Part shown: positions 29,066 through 39,157 of the stretch, in pieces
How the letters are laid out: every line of letters begins with the position of its first letter
Position numbering within the stretch: position 1 is the first letter of the stretch
Source of the DNA: an uncultured Actinomycetota bacterium
GTDB taxonomy: Bacteria; Actinomycetota; UBA4738; HRBIN12
Direction of reading: 5' to 3'
Length of the DNA: 64,000 bases
Assembly: GCA_963702405.1 (NCBI GenBank)
Contig: CAVPCM010000008.1
Span: forward strand, 218,171 to 282,170
The notes under the pieces: model-generated
What the model was told of the DNA's origin: nothing
Databases searched by the model: none
The model's input: the letters and a program-made list of their open reading frames with translations, nothing else
Translations under genes and position numbers: made by a program

Positions 29066-30994
29066 CTAGCCGACCGGCGGCGGGATCCCGATCTCCGCCT
29101 CGGGATAGATGCCGGTGCCGAACTCCGCGTCGAAGTCGCGGCCGCCGAGGGTGTCCAGGAACGTGGTCGCGAAGACGGCGGCGAACTGCTGGCGCTCCAA
29201 GAGGTCCAGCTCGATCGCGTCGCGGGGCACGTACGGTCCGATGTTCCGCCGGTAGGGGTAGTCGCGGAGGAACGAGGCGATGTCTTCCCGGGTCGCGCCC
29301 ACGTCCCACAGGACGTCCGACTCCAGGTACACCTCGGAGGGCACGACGTTCTGGACCAAGCCGAACAGGCCGCCGCCGAACTCCCGCTCGACGTCGTCCC
29401 AGAGCTGGATCGGGTCGATCCGGACGCCCCCGGCCGCGTCGGGGAGGGGACACTGTCCGTGGTCCGCGGTGACGATCAGCGCGTACCTGCCCGGATACAC
29501 GGCGTCCAGCTGGCTCACGAGCCGCCCGAGCTGCTCGTCGACGTCTCGGAGCGCGTCACCCGTCATCGGATCGAACATCCCGTAGACGTGTCCGGTGTAG
29601 TCGGGCGCCTTGTAGTTGATGAACAGGAGCCCCGACGCACCCGAGGAACCAACCGGCTCGTTCGCGATCGTCGCCTCGATCAGATCACCTTGGTACCTGA
29701 TCACCGGGGTGCTGCAGCAGTGCATGTTCTTGGGCTTCACGGGATCGAACGCGGGGTCGCGGTCGGGGTTGGGGACGAAGTCCGCCCGGTACCTCTCGAA
29801 CGCATCGAGCGACGGCAGGCCCGCGGGCAACCGGAAGAGCTCGCCATTCAAGCTGCGCCAGCCCTGCGGGTCGGCCGTCTCGTCCCAGTACACGGCCACC
29901 GGTCGGACCCGCGTCGACCCGGACCCGGTCGTCGCCTGGCCACCCCCTCCCAGCATCCCCAGGTGCCAGATCTGGTAGCCGATCTCGCCGACCCATGCAC
30001 GGTCGGTCGCCTCGCTCCACAGGTCGGCGAGTGTGCGGACGAGGAGATCGCTGGGGTTCGCGCGCCCCGGCTCCCCGTAGGTCTTGCGGACCTTCCGGCC
30101 GTCCCGGATGTTGTGCCCCGTCACGCCGTGCGTCCGAGGGAAGGCGCCGGTGCCGATCGTGGCGTGCGCCGACGCCGTCACGGCAGGGAACGATCCGTGG
30201 ATCGCGTTGCGGAAACTCGCCCCGTCCCGCATCAGTCGCCGGAGGTTGGGCCAGGCGTCCGGGAACTCCTGCAGAACGTTCCAGCCGCCGCCGTCGATCA
30301 CGAATGTCACCACGACCGCGGGCGGACTCGCAGGCCGCGCGATCCCCGGCAACGGGCGTCCCTCCCGCTCCAGCTCGAGGAACGCATCGAACCCGATCAG
30401 CTGAGCGATCGTCGGAGCGACATCGGCGAGGGACACGCGCTCCTCGGAGTCGAGGGCGGCGATCCCCGGCCCGGCGACGACGAGAGGGACCCGCTCGAGG
30501 TACATCCACACGCTCGCATGACTCGTCCTCGGGTCGCGGGGGACCAGCGATCGGGACTCCTGCGGGTAGTTCGCGCTGTTGAACGGGGCGGCCAGCAGCT
30601 GGATGTCGCCGCTGCGATCCGGGTGATACGCGCGTGCGACGAGCTCCATGTACTCGGCGCCGAGGTCTCGTGCCATCGCCTCCTGGACCGGCCGGGGATC
30701 CGGTCGGGTGACGCGACGGACCGTGCGGCCCAGCGCGGCGCCTCCCATCGCCGCGGCGGCGCCCAGCAGCCCGGCGATCCCGAGGAGCCGCCGCCGCGAG
30801 GGGTCAGTGGGGGCGGACATCCCCTGGACGGAACGGGTGGCAAGGAGCGCCACCGCCACGCAGATGACGCCGGTGATCGCCCCCAGGAGGGCGCTCCCCG
30901 CCAGCCCCACGGCGAGACCGACGAGCCCGCCGACCAGGACGAGCGCGATCAGGGTGAGCGATCGGCGGTTCGTCACGGACCCAGTTTCTCGCAC
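29066..30994 (-). CDS. Alkaline phosphatase superfamily protein (nucleotide pyrophosphatase/phosphodiesterase type), probably exported
   Basis: Metal/nucleophile motifs FVIDGGGWN, AVTASAHATIGTGAFPRTHGVTGHN and IVTADHGQ. Twin-arginine motif SRRRLLGIAGLLGAAAA. An alternative start at ATG 30820 would place the Tat motif at the N-terminus. Confidence 0.75.
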   Translation of the reverse strand: MRETGSVTNRRSLTLIALVLVGGLVGLAVGLAGSALLGAITGVICVAVALLATRSVQGMSAPTDPSRRRLLGIAGLLGAAAAMGGAALGRTVRRVTRPDPRPVQEAMARDLGAEYMELVARAYHPDRSGDIQLLAAPFNSANYPQESRSLVPRDPRTSHASVWMYLERVPLVVAGPGIAALDSEERVSLADVAPTIAQLIGFDAFLELEREGRPLPGIARPASPPAVVVTFVIDGGGWNVLQEFPDAWPNLRRLMRDGASFRNAIHGSFPAVTASAHATIGTGAFPRTHGVTGHNIRDGRKVRKTYGEPGRANPSDLLVRTLADLWSEATDRAWVGEIGYQIWHLGMLGGGGQATTGSGSTRVRPVAVYWDETADPQGWRSLNGELFRLPAGLPSLDAFERYRADFVPNPDRDPAFDPVKPKNMHCCSTPVIRYQGDLIEATIANEPVGSSGASGLLFINYKAPDYTGHVYGMFDPMTGDALRDVDEQLGRLVSQLDAVYPGRYALIVTADHGQCPLPDAAGGVRIDPIQLWDDVEREFGGGLFGLVQNVVPSEVYLESDVLWDVGATREDIASFLRDYPYRRNIGPYVPRDAIELDLLERQQFAAVFATTFLDTLGGRDFDAEFGTGIYPEAEIGIPPPVG

Positions 30995-31010
30995 CGAGCA
31001 GCGGACGGAG

Positions 31011-32213
31011 CTAGGAGCGCTTGCGATCGAGGTCGAGGAACGGCATGGGCACGACCGTGGCCCCCACCTTCCCGCGCTCGCCCTCCACGGTCCACTCCAC
31101 GGAGAGCCGTGTGCCGAGCCTCGTCAGGTCCTTGTCCACGGAACCGAACCCGACCATCTTCTTGATCGTGGGACCCCATCCCACGGAGGTCGCGCGGCCG
31201 ACCTGGGCGCCTTCCCGGTAGACGGGGACGGGCGCCCGGTGGACGAGCGCCGAGATCTGCGGTGCGAGGCCGTGTCTCGCGTACATCGACTCGATCGCGG
31301 ACCAATCGAGGTCCAATCCGACGAGCCGTCTCGCCGGACCGCCCGCCTCGCGTTCCGCGACCAGCGCCCGCTTCCCCGTGAACTCCACCTGCTTGTCGAA
31401 CGCGACGAGGCGTCCGAGGCCGATCTCGAACGGCGAATACTTGAGCTCCGGCGCGAACGCGTGGCGGGCGCTCGTGTACTCAGCCTCGATCAGGATCAGG
31501 CTGGCCTCGAGACGGCAGATGTCGAGCGCCTGGATCCCTGCCGGCCGCAGCCCGTAGTCGGCGCCGACCTCGAAGAGACGGTCCCAGACCGCGAGGGCAC
31601 CCTCCCGTGGGATCCAGAGCTCGTAGCCGAGATCGCCCGTGTACCCGGTCCTCGTGACGTCGATGTCGACACCCCCGATCGAGCCCGGGCGACGACGGAA
31701 GTAGCGGAGGTCGAACCAGTCCCGCCCCGTTGCCCGCTCGAGGACGTGGCGGGAGAGGCGTCCCTGCACGGCGAGGGCCGCGGTCGTCTCCGAGATGTCG
31801 TCGATCCGCACGTCGAGCCCGGTGGCGTTCAGGGCGAACCACCGGAAGGAGGGATCGGCGGCCGTCACGCGGAAACGGTCCTCGTCGAGCCGGGTCACGG
31901 TCCCGTCGTCGATGACCTTCCCCTCCTCGTCGCACCACGGGGTGTAGATCACCTGGTCGATCGCCATGCGGGAGACGTCCCGCGTGATCACCCGGTCGAG
32001 GAGTGCCGAGGCATCGGGGCCGCTCACCTCGTATTTGTAGAGGGGCGAGACGTCGATCACAGCGGCCGCCTCGCGGATCGCGTTGTACTCGATGTCCACG
32101 AAGTCCGCGAACACGGCGGCGGCGTGGTAGCCGGACCAGTCGCCCCACGCCAGCTTCGTGTTCAGCTCTCGCTGACGCTCGAAGAAGGCCGTGCCGACGC
32201 TCATCCGGGGCAC
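31011..32213 (-). CDS. Aminomethyltransferase (GcvT) family protein
   Basis: EYNAIREAAAVIDVSPLYKYEVSGPDA...YTGDLGYELW...GIQALDICRLEA is the GcvT/DmdA-type folate-binding fold. 400 aa. Confidence 0.85.
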   Translation of the reverse strand: MPRMSVGTAFFERQRELNTKLAWGDWSGYHAAAVFADFVDIEYNAIREAAAVIDVSPLYKYEVSGPDASALLDRVITRDVSRMAIDQVIYTPWCDEEGKVIDDGTVTRLDEDRFRVTAADPSFRWFALNATGLDVRIDDISETTAALAVQGRLSRHVLERATGRDWFDLRYFRRRPGSIGGVDIDVTRTGYTGDLGYELWIPREGALAVWDRLFEVGADYGLRPAGIQALDICRLEASLILIEAEYTSARHAFAPELKYSPFEIGLGRLVAFDKQVEFTGKRALVAEREAGGPARRLVGLDLDWSAIESMYARHGLAPQISALVHRAPVPVYREGAQVGRATSVGWGPTIKKMVGFGSVDKDLTRLGTRLSVEWTVEGERGKVGATVVPMPFLDLDRKRS

Positions 32214-32408
32214 AGGCTAGCCGAGGGCGATCCGCGGGACCGGCCCGCCCGGATGACTTCAGGTCAAAGGCCGTTTCGCTTCCGCTGCGGGCGCACGGCT
32301 AGCATCGGCGGCCGTACGCCGACGGCGTTCGGATAGCCTTCTCCGGCGACCCGGTGCCCGAGAACGGCGCCTGGAAGAGCGCCAACGAGAAGAGCGAAGA
32401 GGAAGCGG

Positions 32409-34025
32409 ATGCCGCAGCGTTACGACGCCGTCGTGATCGGGGGAGGCCACAACGGCCTCGTGACCGCCGCGTACCTCGCGAAGGCCGGGAAGAAGGTCCT
32501 GGTCCTCGAGCGCCGCCACGTCCTCGGCGGTGCGGCCGTCTCCGAGGAGATCGTCCCCGGCTACCGGTTCAGCGTCTTCTCCTACGTCGTCTCGCTCCTA
32601 CGCCCGGAGATCATCCGTGAGCTCGAGCTGCCCAAGCACGGGCTCGAGATCCTGCCCCTCGACGGGACGATCACACCGTTGGACGGCGACTCGCTCTGGC
32701 GGGTCAACGACCACGGGCGCACCGTCCGCGAGCTCCGTCGCTGGTCGCTGAACGACGCCGAGGCCTACGAGGAGTACGGACCGCTGATGGCGGAGATGGC
32801 GCGGTTCATCAAGCCGATCCTGTCGATCGTGCCGCCGGACCCCGGCAAGATCTCGGTCCGCGACTGGCTCCCGCTCACGCCGCTCGCGAAGACGTTCAAG
32901 GACCTGCCGAAGCGTCTGCAGACGACGTTCATCCAGCTGATGACGATGTCGGCAGCGGATTTCCTCGACCAGTGGTTCGAGACCGATCCCCTCAAGGCGA
33001 CGATGAGCGCCTCGGGGATCATCGGGACCTTCCAAGGACCGCGTTCGCCGGGGACGGCCTACGTGCTGCTCCACCACTACATGGGCGAGATCGACGGGGC
33101 GTTCCGCGCCTGGGGCGTGCCGCGCGGCGGCACGGGGAGCATCTCCGACGCGATCGGGAGCGCCGCGCTGGCGGCCGGTGCAGAGATCCGGACGGAGGCG
33201 CCCGTCGCGCGGATCGACGTGCGGGGCGGCCGTGCCACCGGCGTGACGCTGGAGTCGGGGGAGCAGATCGAGGCGGGGATCGTCCTGTCCTCGCTGGATT
33301 CCCGCTGGACGTTCATCAAGCTGCTCGAGGACGGCACGCTCGATCCCGCTTTCCGCGAAGAAGTGCTGCGCTACAAGTACCGCGGCTCGAGCGGCAAGGT
33401 GAACCTGGCGCTCGACGGCCTCCCGGAGCTGGCGTGCAAGCCGGGCACGGGAGAGTGGCTCCGCGGCGCGATCTCGTTCTCCCCCTCGCTCGACTACATG
33501 GAACGTGCCTACGACGATGCGAAGTACGGGCGCCCTTCGCGCCGCCCCTACATCGACATGATCATCCCCACGCTCGTGGACCCCACGATGGCTCCTCCCG
33601 GCGGCCACGTGATGAGCTGCTTCGTCCAGTACGCGCCGTACCGGCTGGCCGGGGACGCGATCTGGGACGACGCGGCGCGGGAGTCCTTCGGGCAGAACGT
33701 GATCGACACGATCGCGGAGCGGTTCCCGACGATCCGACAGCACATCGTGGGCTCGCAGTTCATCACCCCGAAGGACATCGAGGACGTCACGGGCTTGACC
33801 GAAGGCAACATCTTCCAGGGGGAGCTCTCGCTCGAGCAGCTGTTCTTCAATCGGCCGGTGCCGGGGTGGGCCCGCTACCGCACCCCGATCCGCGACCTGT
33901 GGATGTGCGGGTCGGCGACGCATCCCGGTGGCGGGATCATGGGCGCCCCCGGCCGGATCGCCGCGCTCGAGGTCCTGAGGGGCCGTGGGGGTCGAGGAAG
34001 CCGAGGACGAGGGAGGGCGGCCTGA
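32409..34025 (+). CDS. NAD(P)/FAD-dependent oxidoreductase, phytoene desaturase (CrtI)-like family
   Basis: Dinucleotide fold YDAVVIGGGHNGLVTAAYLAKAGKKVLVLERRHVLGGA and C-terminal GSATHPGGGIMGAPG. 538 aa. Confidence 0.85.
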   Translation: MPQRYDAVVIGGGHNGLVTAAYLAKAGKKVLVLERRHVLGGAAVSEEIVPGYRFSVFSYVVSLLRPEIIRELELPKHGLEILPLDGTITPLDGDSLWRVNDHGRTVRELRRWSLNDAEAYEEYGPLMAEMARFIKPILSIVPPDPGKISVRDWLPLTPLAKTFKDLPKRLQTTFIQLMTMSAADFLDQWFETDPLKATMSASGIIGTFQGPRSPGTAYVLLHHYMGEIDGAFRAWGVPRGGTGSISDAIGSAALAAGAEIRTEAPVARIDVRGGRATGVTLESGEQIEAGIVLSSLDSRWTFIKLLEDGTLDPAFREEVLRYKYRGSSGKVNLALDGLPELACKPGTGEWLRGAISFSPSLDYMERAYDDAKYGRPSRRPYIDMIIPTLVDPTMAPPGGHVMSCFVQYAPYRLAGDAIWDDAARESFGQNVIDTIAERFPTIRQHIVGSQFITPKDIEDVTGLTEGNIFQGELSLEQLFFNRPVPGWARYRTPIRDLWMCGSATHPGGGIMGAPGRIAALEVLRGRGGRGSRGRGRAA

Positions 34026-34027
34026 GC

Positions 34028-35596
34028 GTGGGAGCCCGCTCGGACGTCGTCGTGATCGGCGCGGGCCACAACGGCCTGGTGGCCGCCGCCCTCCTCGCCA
34101 AGGACGGGCGCCGCGTCACGGTCCTGGAGCGGGCTGCCGAGGTGGGCGGCATCCTCCGGGGCGGCGAGTTCGCTCCTGGTTTCACGGCCCCCGGGCTCGC
34201 GCACACGGTCGGCCGTCTCCGTCGATCGGTGATCGAGGACCTCCGGCTGGAGGATTTCGGGCTCTCGCTCATCGCGCCCCCCGTCCGGATGTTCGCGCCG
34301 CAGCCGGACGGATCCTCCGTGACGTTCTGGGGCGATGCCGCCCGGACGGCGGGGGAGCTCCGGGAGCGGAACCCGCGCGATGCCGACGCCTACGCGGAGT
34401 TCGATCAGAAGGTGCGAGCGATCGCGTCGTTCCTCGCGTACGTGAACGTCGCGACCCCGCCCGACATCAGCGCGCCGACCCTCGCCGATGCGATCTCCGG
34501 GCTCAAGGTGGGGTGGGCGTTCCGAGGGCTCGGCGCACGGTACGGCCGTGAAGCGATCCGCATGATGCCGATGGCCGTCGCCGATCTCGTCCAGGAGGTG
34601 TTCGAGGAGGAGGCGGTACGTGGCCCGCTGTCCACCCGAGGCGTGCTCTACACGGCGTGCGGGCCGTGGTCGTCGGGGACGGCCGCGCTGTTCCTGAACG
34701 ACTCCGCCGGCAACGACGGCGGGGCCGCCGGGACCGCCGTGTTCGCCCGCGGGGGGACCCAAGCGCTCGCCACGGCGCTCGCCTCGGCCGCATCGGCGGC
34801 GGGCGCGGAGATCCGCACGGGAGCTGACGTGAAGGAGATCCGATCCGGGAGCCGCCGGGTCGTCGGGGTGACCCTCGCGGACGGCACGGAGATCGACGCG
34901 GGCATCGTCGTGTCCGCGGCGGACCCGAAGCGAACGCTCGCGCTGTGCGACCCCGAGGAGATCGGTCCGACGATGCTCTGGCGTGCGGGCAACATCCGGC
35001 AGCCCGGAGCCACCGCCAAGGTGAACCTCGCCCTGTCCGGCCTCCCGGCGTTCCACGAGGATCCCGAGCGCGTGCAAGGGCGGGTCGTGATCGGTCCGTC
35101 GATCGACTACGTCGAGAGGGCGTCGGATGCCAGGAAGTACGGTGAGCTCGCCGACGAGCCGTGGATCGAGGCGACGATCCCGTCCCTCGTCGATCCATCG
35201 CTCGCGCCGGAGGGGCGTCACGTGATGAGCGCGATCGTGCAATCGGTCCCCCGCCACCTTCGAGCGGGGGAGTGGTCCCGCGAGCGAGAACGGCTGGGGG
35301 ACGTGACGGTCAAGACGTTGGAGCGATACGCCCCCGGACTCGGCGAGCTCGTGGAGGCGCGGCAGGTCATCACACCGGAGGACTTCGAGGCTGACTTCGG
35401 TCTCACGGGCGGCCACGTCCAACACGCGGAGCCCGGCCTCGACCAGTTCTTCGCGTGGCGTCCGTTGAACGGGGAAGCTCGGTACCGGTTCGTCCTGGAC
35501 GGCCTCTATCTGGCCGGGTCCGGCGCCCACCCGGGCGGCGGGGTCACGGGCGGCCCCGGTGCGAACGCCGCCCGTCGGATCCGCAAGGACGGGTGA
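34028..35596 (+). CDS. NAD(P)/FAD-dependent oxidoreductase, CrtI-like family (tandem paralogue)
   Basis: GTG lies 3 nt after the upstream stop. SDVVVIGAGHNGLVAAALLAKDGRRVTVLERAAEVGG and C-terminal GSGAHPGGGVTGGPG. Confidence 0.85.
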   Translation: MGARSDVVVIGAGHNGLVAAALLAKDGRRVTVLERAAEVGGILRGGEFAPGFTAPGLAHTVGRLRRSVIEDLRLEDFGLSLIAPPVRMFAPQPDGSSVTFWGDAARTAGELRERNPRDADAYAEFDQKVRAIASFLAYVNVATPPDISAPTLADAISGLKVGWAFRGLGARYGREAIRMMPMAVADLVQEVFEEEAVRGPLSTRGVLYTACGPWSSGTAALFLNDSAGNDGGAAGTAVFARGGTQALATALASAASAAGAEIRTGADVKEIRSGSRRVVGVTLADGTEIDAGIVVSAADPKRTLALCDPEEIGPTMLWRAGNIRQPGATAKVNLALSGLPAFHEDPERVQGRVVIGPSIDYVERASDARKYGELADEPWIEATIPSLVDPSLAPEGRHVMSAIVQSVPRHLRAGEWSRERERLGDVTVKTLERYAPGLGELVEARQVITPEDFEADFGLTGGHVQHAEPGLDQFFAWRPLNGEARYRFVLDGLYLAGSGAHPGGGVTGGPGANAARRIRKDG

Positions 35597-35628
35597 CCGC
35601 GCATGCGTCCGGAGCGAAGGCCGGCTCG

Positions 35629-36672
35629 ATGACCGACGGGAACGACCGGCCGTTCCGGATCCCGGAGAGCACGCTCTACGCGAGCGAGGACGCCGAGTTC
35701 GACGAGTTCGACACGAACGACCTGCCGCAGTACTCGGACTTCCGCGGATCCTTCTACAAGGTCCCGTGGGCTCTCGATGAGGAGGCGATCAGGGACGCCG
35801 GCGCCGACATCGCGGTCGTCGGCGCCCCGTACGACGAGGGGACCTCCGCACGGCCGGGCGCGCGGTTCGGCCCGATGGCGATCCGAACCGCTCACGTGAC
35901 GGCGGGAAGCCCGTGGGCGTGGTCGCTCCAGACCGAGGCATCCCCCTTCGACGTCCTGACGGTGGTCGACGCGGGCGACGCGCCGATCGTCCCGGGGCGA
36001 CCCGAGCGCAGCCTGCGCGTGATCCACGAGAAGGTTCGTCGCGTCGCCCGCGCGGGCGCGATCCCGATCGTCCTGGGCGGCGACCACTCGATCACGTATC
36101 CGTCCGCCGCCGCGGTCGCCCGAGTGCACGACCCGGCGCGCGTCGGGATCGTGCATTTCGACGCGCACGCCGACACGGCGATGGACCAATGGGGATCGCT
36201 GATCGGCCACGGGCAGCCGATGCGCCGACTGATCGACGAGGGATGGATCGCCGGGCCGAACTTCGTCCAGGTCGGTCTTCGCGGCTACTGGCCGGATCGG
36301 GAGACGTTCGAGTGGATGCGAGGGCAGGGACTGCGCTGGCACACGCAGGTCGAGATGGAGGAGCGAAGCGTCGAGGCGGTGATCGACGAGGCGATCGCGC
36401 AGGCGCTGGACGGCCCTGACCGGATCTATCTCTCGGTCGACATCGACGTCGTCGACCCGGGGATGGCTCCCGGCACCGGAACGCCCGAGTCCGGCGGGAT
36501 GCTCGGGCGGGAGCTGCTCCGCGCGGTCCGACGGATCGCGGGTGCCGTGGACATCGCCGGGATGGACGTCGTGGAGGTCTCTCCCCCGTACGACCACGCG
36601 GAGATCACGGCGATGCTCGCGGGCAACGTCGTCATGGAAGTGCTCAGCGCCCTCGCGGCCCGACGGGGCTGA
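35629..36672 (+). CDS. Ureohydrolase family protein (agmatinase/guanidino-acid hydrolase type)
   Basis: Mn-binding motifs GGDHSITYP, VHFDAHADT and SVDIDVVDPGMAPGTGTPESGG. The substrate cannot be assigned from sequence alone. Confidence 0.85.
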   Translation: MTDGNDRPFRIPESTLYASEDAEFDEFDTNDLPQYSDFRGSFYKVPWALDEEAIRDAGADIAVVGAPYDEGTSARPGARFGPMAIRTAHVTAGSPWAWSLQTEASPFDVLTVVDAGDAPIVPGRPERSLRVIHEKVRRVARAGAIPIVLGGDHSITYPSAAAVARVHDPARVGIVHFDAHADTAMDQWGSLIGHGQPMRRLIDEGWIAGPNFVQVGLRGYWPDRETFEWMRGQGLRWHTQVEMEERSVEAVIDEAIAQALDGPDRIYLSVDIDVVDPGMAPGTGTPESGGMLGRELLRAVRRIAGAVDIAGMDVVEVSPPYDHAEITAMLAGNVVMEVLSALAARRG

Positions 36673-36700
36673 ACGCGCCTCGCGCGGTACCCTCCCGCTC

Positions 36701-36922
36701 ATGTGCCGAAGCATCAAGCGACTGCGGGAACCACACGGACAGGGGCATGCCACGGATGAGGAGATCCGGGAGGCGGCGCGTCAGTTCGTTCGCAAGGTGA
36801 GCGGGTTCGGGAAGCCCACGGCGCGACACGCCGAGGCGTTCGAGGCGGCCGTCGACGAGGTTACGGACTCGTCCCGGCGGCTCCTCGAGACGATCGACGC
36901 CACCCTGCGGAGCACCGCGTGA
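36701..36922 (+). CDS. DUF2277 domain protein
   Basis: [10 protein letters not shown]...[37 protein letters not shown] matches the DUF2277 pattern as I recall it. A TACCCT -10-like hexamer lies 7 nt upstream of the ATG. Confidence 0.7.
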   Translation: MCRSIKRLREPHGQGHATDEEIREAARQFVRKVSGFGKPTARHAEAFEAAVDEVTDSSRRLLETIDATLRSTA

Positions 36923-38307
36923 CCGGCTACCCCCTCGATCCGTCGCCCGAGGAGATGCGGGCGATGGGTCGGGCGGCCGTCGACTACGTGATCGACTTCA
37001 TCCACGGCTTGTCCGACGCCCCCGCCCGGAACGTCGACGGTGCGCTCGAGGCCGCCCTGAGGCTGAAGGCCTCGCCGCCCGAGGACGGCGGCTCGTTCGA
37101 CGAGGTCTTCGCTCAGTTCCGCGACGCGGCCGCGCGGGCCTACGAGACCTGTGGCCCGGGCTACCTGCCCTACGTTCCCGGTGGCGGTCTGTACGCGTCG
37201 GCGCTCGGGCAGTTCCTCGCGATGTCCGTGAACCGTTTCCCGAACCTCTGGGAGGTCGCGCCGGGGCTGGTCCAGATCGAGCAGAACGTGATCCGGTGGC
37301 TCTGCGACCTCTTCGGCTACCCGGACGAGGCGCGCGGCATCCTCACGACCGGCGGCTCGATCGCGAACCTCTCGGCGGTCGTCACCGCACGCCACGTGAA
37401 GCTCGGAGAAGATTTCGGCGACGGCACGTACTACGTGAGCGAGCAGGCGCACGCGTCGGTGCCGAAGGCCGCCGCGATCGCCGGGATGCCACGGCGCGCG
37501 ATGCGGCTTGTGCCCGTCGATGCGGAGCTGCGGTTGGACGCCGAGGCGCTGAAGTCGATGGTGGCCGAGGACCGCGCCGCCGGACACCGGCCGTTCCTCG
37601 TCGTCCCGGCCGCCGGCACCACGAACACCGGAGCGATCGATCCGATGGACGCGGTGGCCGATGTGGCCGAGGCGGAGGATCTGTGGATGCACGTCGATGC
37701 CGCGTACGGCGGCTTCTTCCATCTCACGGACCGGGGACGAGAGCGGTTCCGCGGGATCGAACGCGCCGACTCGATCACCCTCGACCCGCACAAGGGGATG
37801 TTCCTGCCGTACGGGACCGGCTCCCTCGTCGTCCGCGACGGCGCCGCGCTCCGCGACGCCCACTACGTGGGTGCCGAGTACCTCCAGGACCGCGCGCCGG
37901 AGGCGGAGCTGCCGAACTGGAACGAGTACTCGCCCGAGCTGTCGCGGGACCACCGGGGCTTCCGCGTCTGGCTACCGCTCGTGCTACACGGCGTGGGGGC
38001 GTTCCGGCAGGCGCTGGACGAGAAGCTCGACCTCGCCGAGCACCTGTACGCGGCGCTCGCCGAGGTCCCCGAGATCGAGCTGCCGTGGGCCCCGCAGCTC
38101 TCCGTCGTGCCGTTCCGGCTCGCGGGGGCGACCGACGACGAGAACCGGGCGTTCCTCGCCCGCATCAACGACCCGAAACGGGTGTACCTGTCGAGCACCA
38201 CGATCGAGGGCCGCCACATCATCAGGGCGTGCATCGTCAGCCACCGCACGCATCGCGACCGGATCGACGAGGCGATCGGTATCATCCGTGGCGCCGTGAT
38301 CGGCTAG
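36919..38307 (+). CDS. Pyridoxal-dependent (group II) amino-acid decarboxylase
   Basis: GTGA overlap with the upstream gene. [20 protein letters not shown] and the PLP-lysine motif [17 protein letters not shown]. Confidence 0.85.
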   Translation: MTGYPLDPSPEEMRAMGRAAVDYVIDFIHGLSDAPARNVDGALEAALRLKASPPEDGGSFDEVFAQFRDAAARAYETCGPGYLPYVPGGGLYASALGQFLAMSVNRFPNLWEVAPGLVQIEQNVIRWLCDLFGYPDEARGILTTGGSIANLSAVVTARHVKLGEDFGDGTYYVSEQAHASVPKAAAIAGMPRRAMRLVPVDAELRLDAEALKSMVAEDRAAGHRPFLVVPAAGTTNTGAIDPMDAVADVAEAEDLWMHVDAAYGGFFHLTDRGRERFRGIERADSITLDPHKGMFLPYGTGSLVVRDGAALRDAHYVGAEYLQDRAPEAELPNWNEYSPELSRDHRGFRVWLPLVLHGVGAFRQALDEKLDLAEHLYAALAEVPEIELPWAPQLSVVPFRLAGATDDENRAFLARINDPKRVYLSSTTIEGRHIIRACIVSHRTHRDRIDEAIGIIRGAVIG

Positions 38308-38309
38308 CC

Positions 38310-39146
38310 ATGCCTGAGATGCCCGAGATCCAGGCGCTCGCCGAGCGGGTGGCCAGCGTCGTCGACGGTGCCACGCTCGAGGGGTTCGACCTCCTCCAGT
38401 TCTCCTCGCTGAAGACCGTCACGCCACGACCCGCCGAGTACGTGGGCCGTCGCATCGAGGGCGTGGGGCGGCGCGGGAAGTACCTGATCCTCTCCTACGA
38501 AGGGGGCGATCGGATGCTCGTCCATCTCTCACAGGGAGGACGGCTCGACGTCGAGGCGCCGCCGAAGTCCACCAAGCCGCGGGGCTCCGTGGCGCGGTTG
38601 CGGTTCGCGGAGCGGCCGTCGCTCCTCGTGAAGGAGTTCGGGAAGGAGCGCAAGGCGGGCGTCTGGTCGCTCCCGGCAGGCGATGAGGGCCCGCTCGCCG
38701 CGCTCGGCCCGGAGGTCCTCTCGGAGGAGGCGGCGGCGCTCTTCCGAGAGAGCACGGATGCCCGGCGGGTCCACACGATCCTGCGTGACCAACGGACGGT
38801 GGCCGGCGTCGGCCGCGGGTACTCCGACGACGCGCTCCACCACGCGCGCCTCTCGCCGTACGCGGTCCTCGGCAAGCTCGACGCGGAGGAACGCGAGCGG
38901 CTCATCACGGGGCTCCACGAGATCCTGACGGACGCTCTCGAAGTCGAGCGGCGCCGCAGCGGAGGCCTCCCGACCAAGCTCGGCGATCACTTCACGGCCC
39001 ACGGTCGCTGGGGGCAGCCCTGCCCACGCTGCGGAGCCGACCTCCGCCGGGTCTCCTACGAGTCCCACGAGGTCACGTATTGCCCCGACTGCCAGACCGG
39101 CGGGAAGGTCCTCGCCGATCGACGCCTGTCCCGCCTCATCCGGTAG
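38310..39146 (+). CDS. Fpg/Nei family DNA glycosylase
   Basis: N-terminus [10 protein letters not shown] aligns with the canonical MPELPEVE (catalytic Pro2). C-terminal zinc finger [25 protein letters not shown]. Confidence 0.85.
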   Translation: MPEMPEIQALAERVASVVDGATLEGFDLLQFSSLKTVTPRPAEYVGRRIEGVGRRGKYLILSYEGGDRMLVHLSQGGRLDVEAPPKSTKPRGSVARLRFAERPSLLVKEFGKERKAGVWSLPAGDEGPLAALGPEVLSEEAAALFRESTDARRVHTILRDQRTVAGVGRGYSDDALHHARLSPYAVLGKLDAEERERLITGLHEILTDALEVERRRSGGLPTKLGDHFTAHGRWGQPCPRCGADLRRVSYESHEVTYCPDCQTGGKVLADRRLSRLIR

Positions 39147-39157
39147 CGTCCGGCCGC

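Noticed and set aside
30820-30994. An extra N-terminal 58 residues with two hydrophobic segments ahead of the twin-arginine motif of the phosphodiesterase-family protein, possibly a separate small gene
   Set aside because: The segment is in the same frame with no intervening stop. It is more simply explained as alternative start-site uncertainty (ATG 30994 vs ATG 30820). Sequence alone cannot resolve it.
28316-31165. 949-aa plus-strand ORF spanning the AcnX and phosphodiesterase loci
   Set aside because: It is antisense to two genes with clear family motifs. Its product is Arg/Pro/Gly/Asp-rich, low-complexity and has no motifs. This is a typical shadow ORF of about 70% GC DNA.
32214-32408. 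Possible glycine riboswitch upstream of the GcvT-like gene, or another riboswitch for the divergent oxidoreductase operon
   Set aside because: On neither strand did I find the conserved glycine-aptamer core (GGAGAG...CACCG...CUCUGGAGAG-type elements) or any other riboswitch core I recognise. It is probably just a shared promoter region.
38310-38321. Duplicated MPE-MPE at the Fpg start, suggesting an alternative start at ATG 38319
   Set aside because: MPEMPEI aligns residue for residue with the canonical Fpg N-terminus MPELPEV. The first ATG is therefore the natural start and the second Met replaces Leu4.
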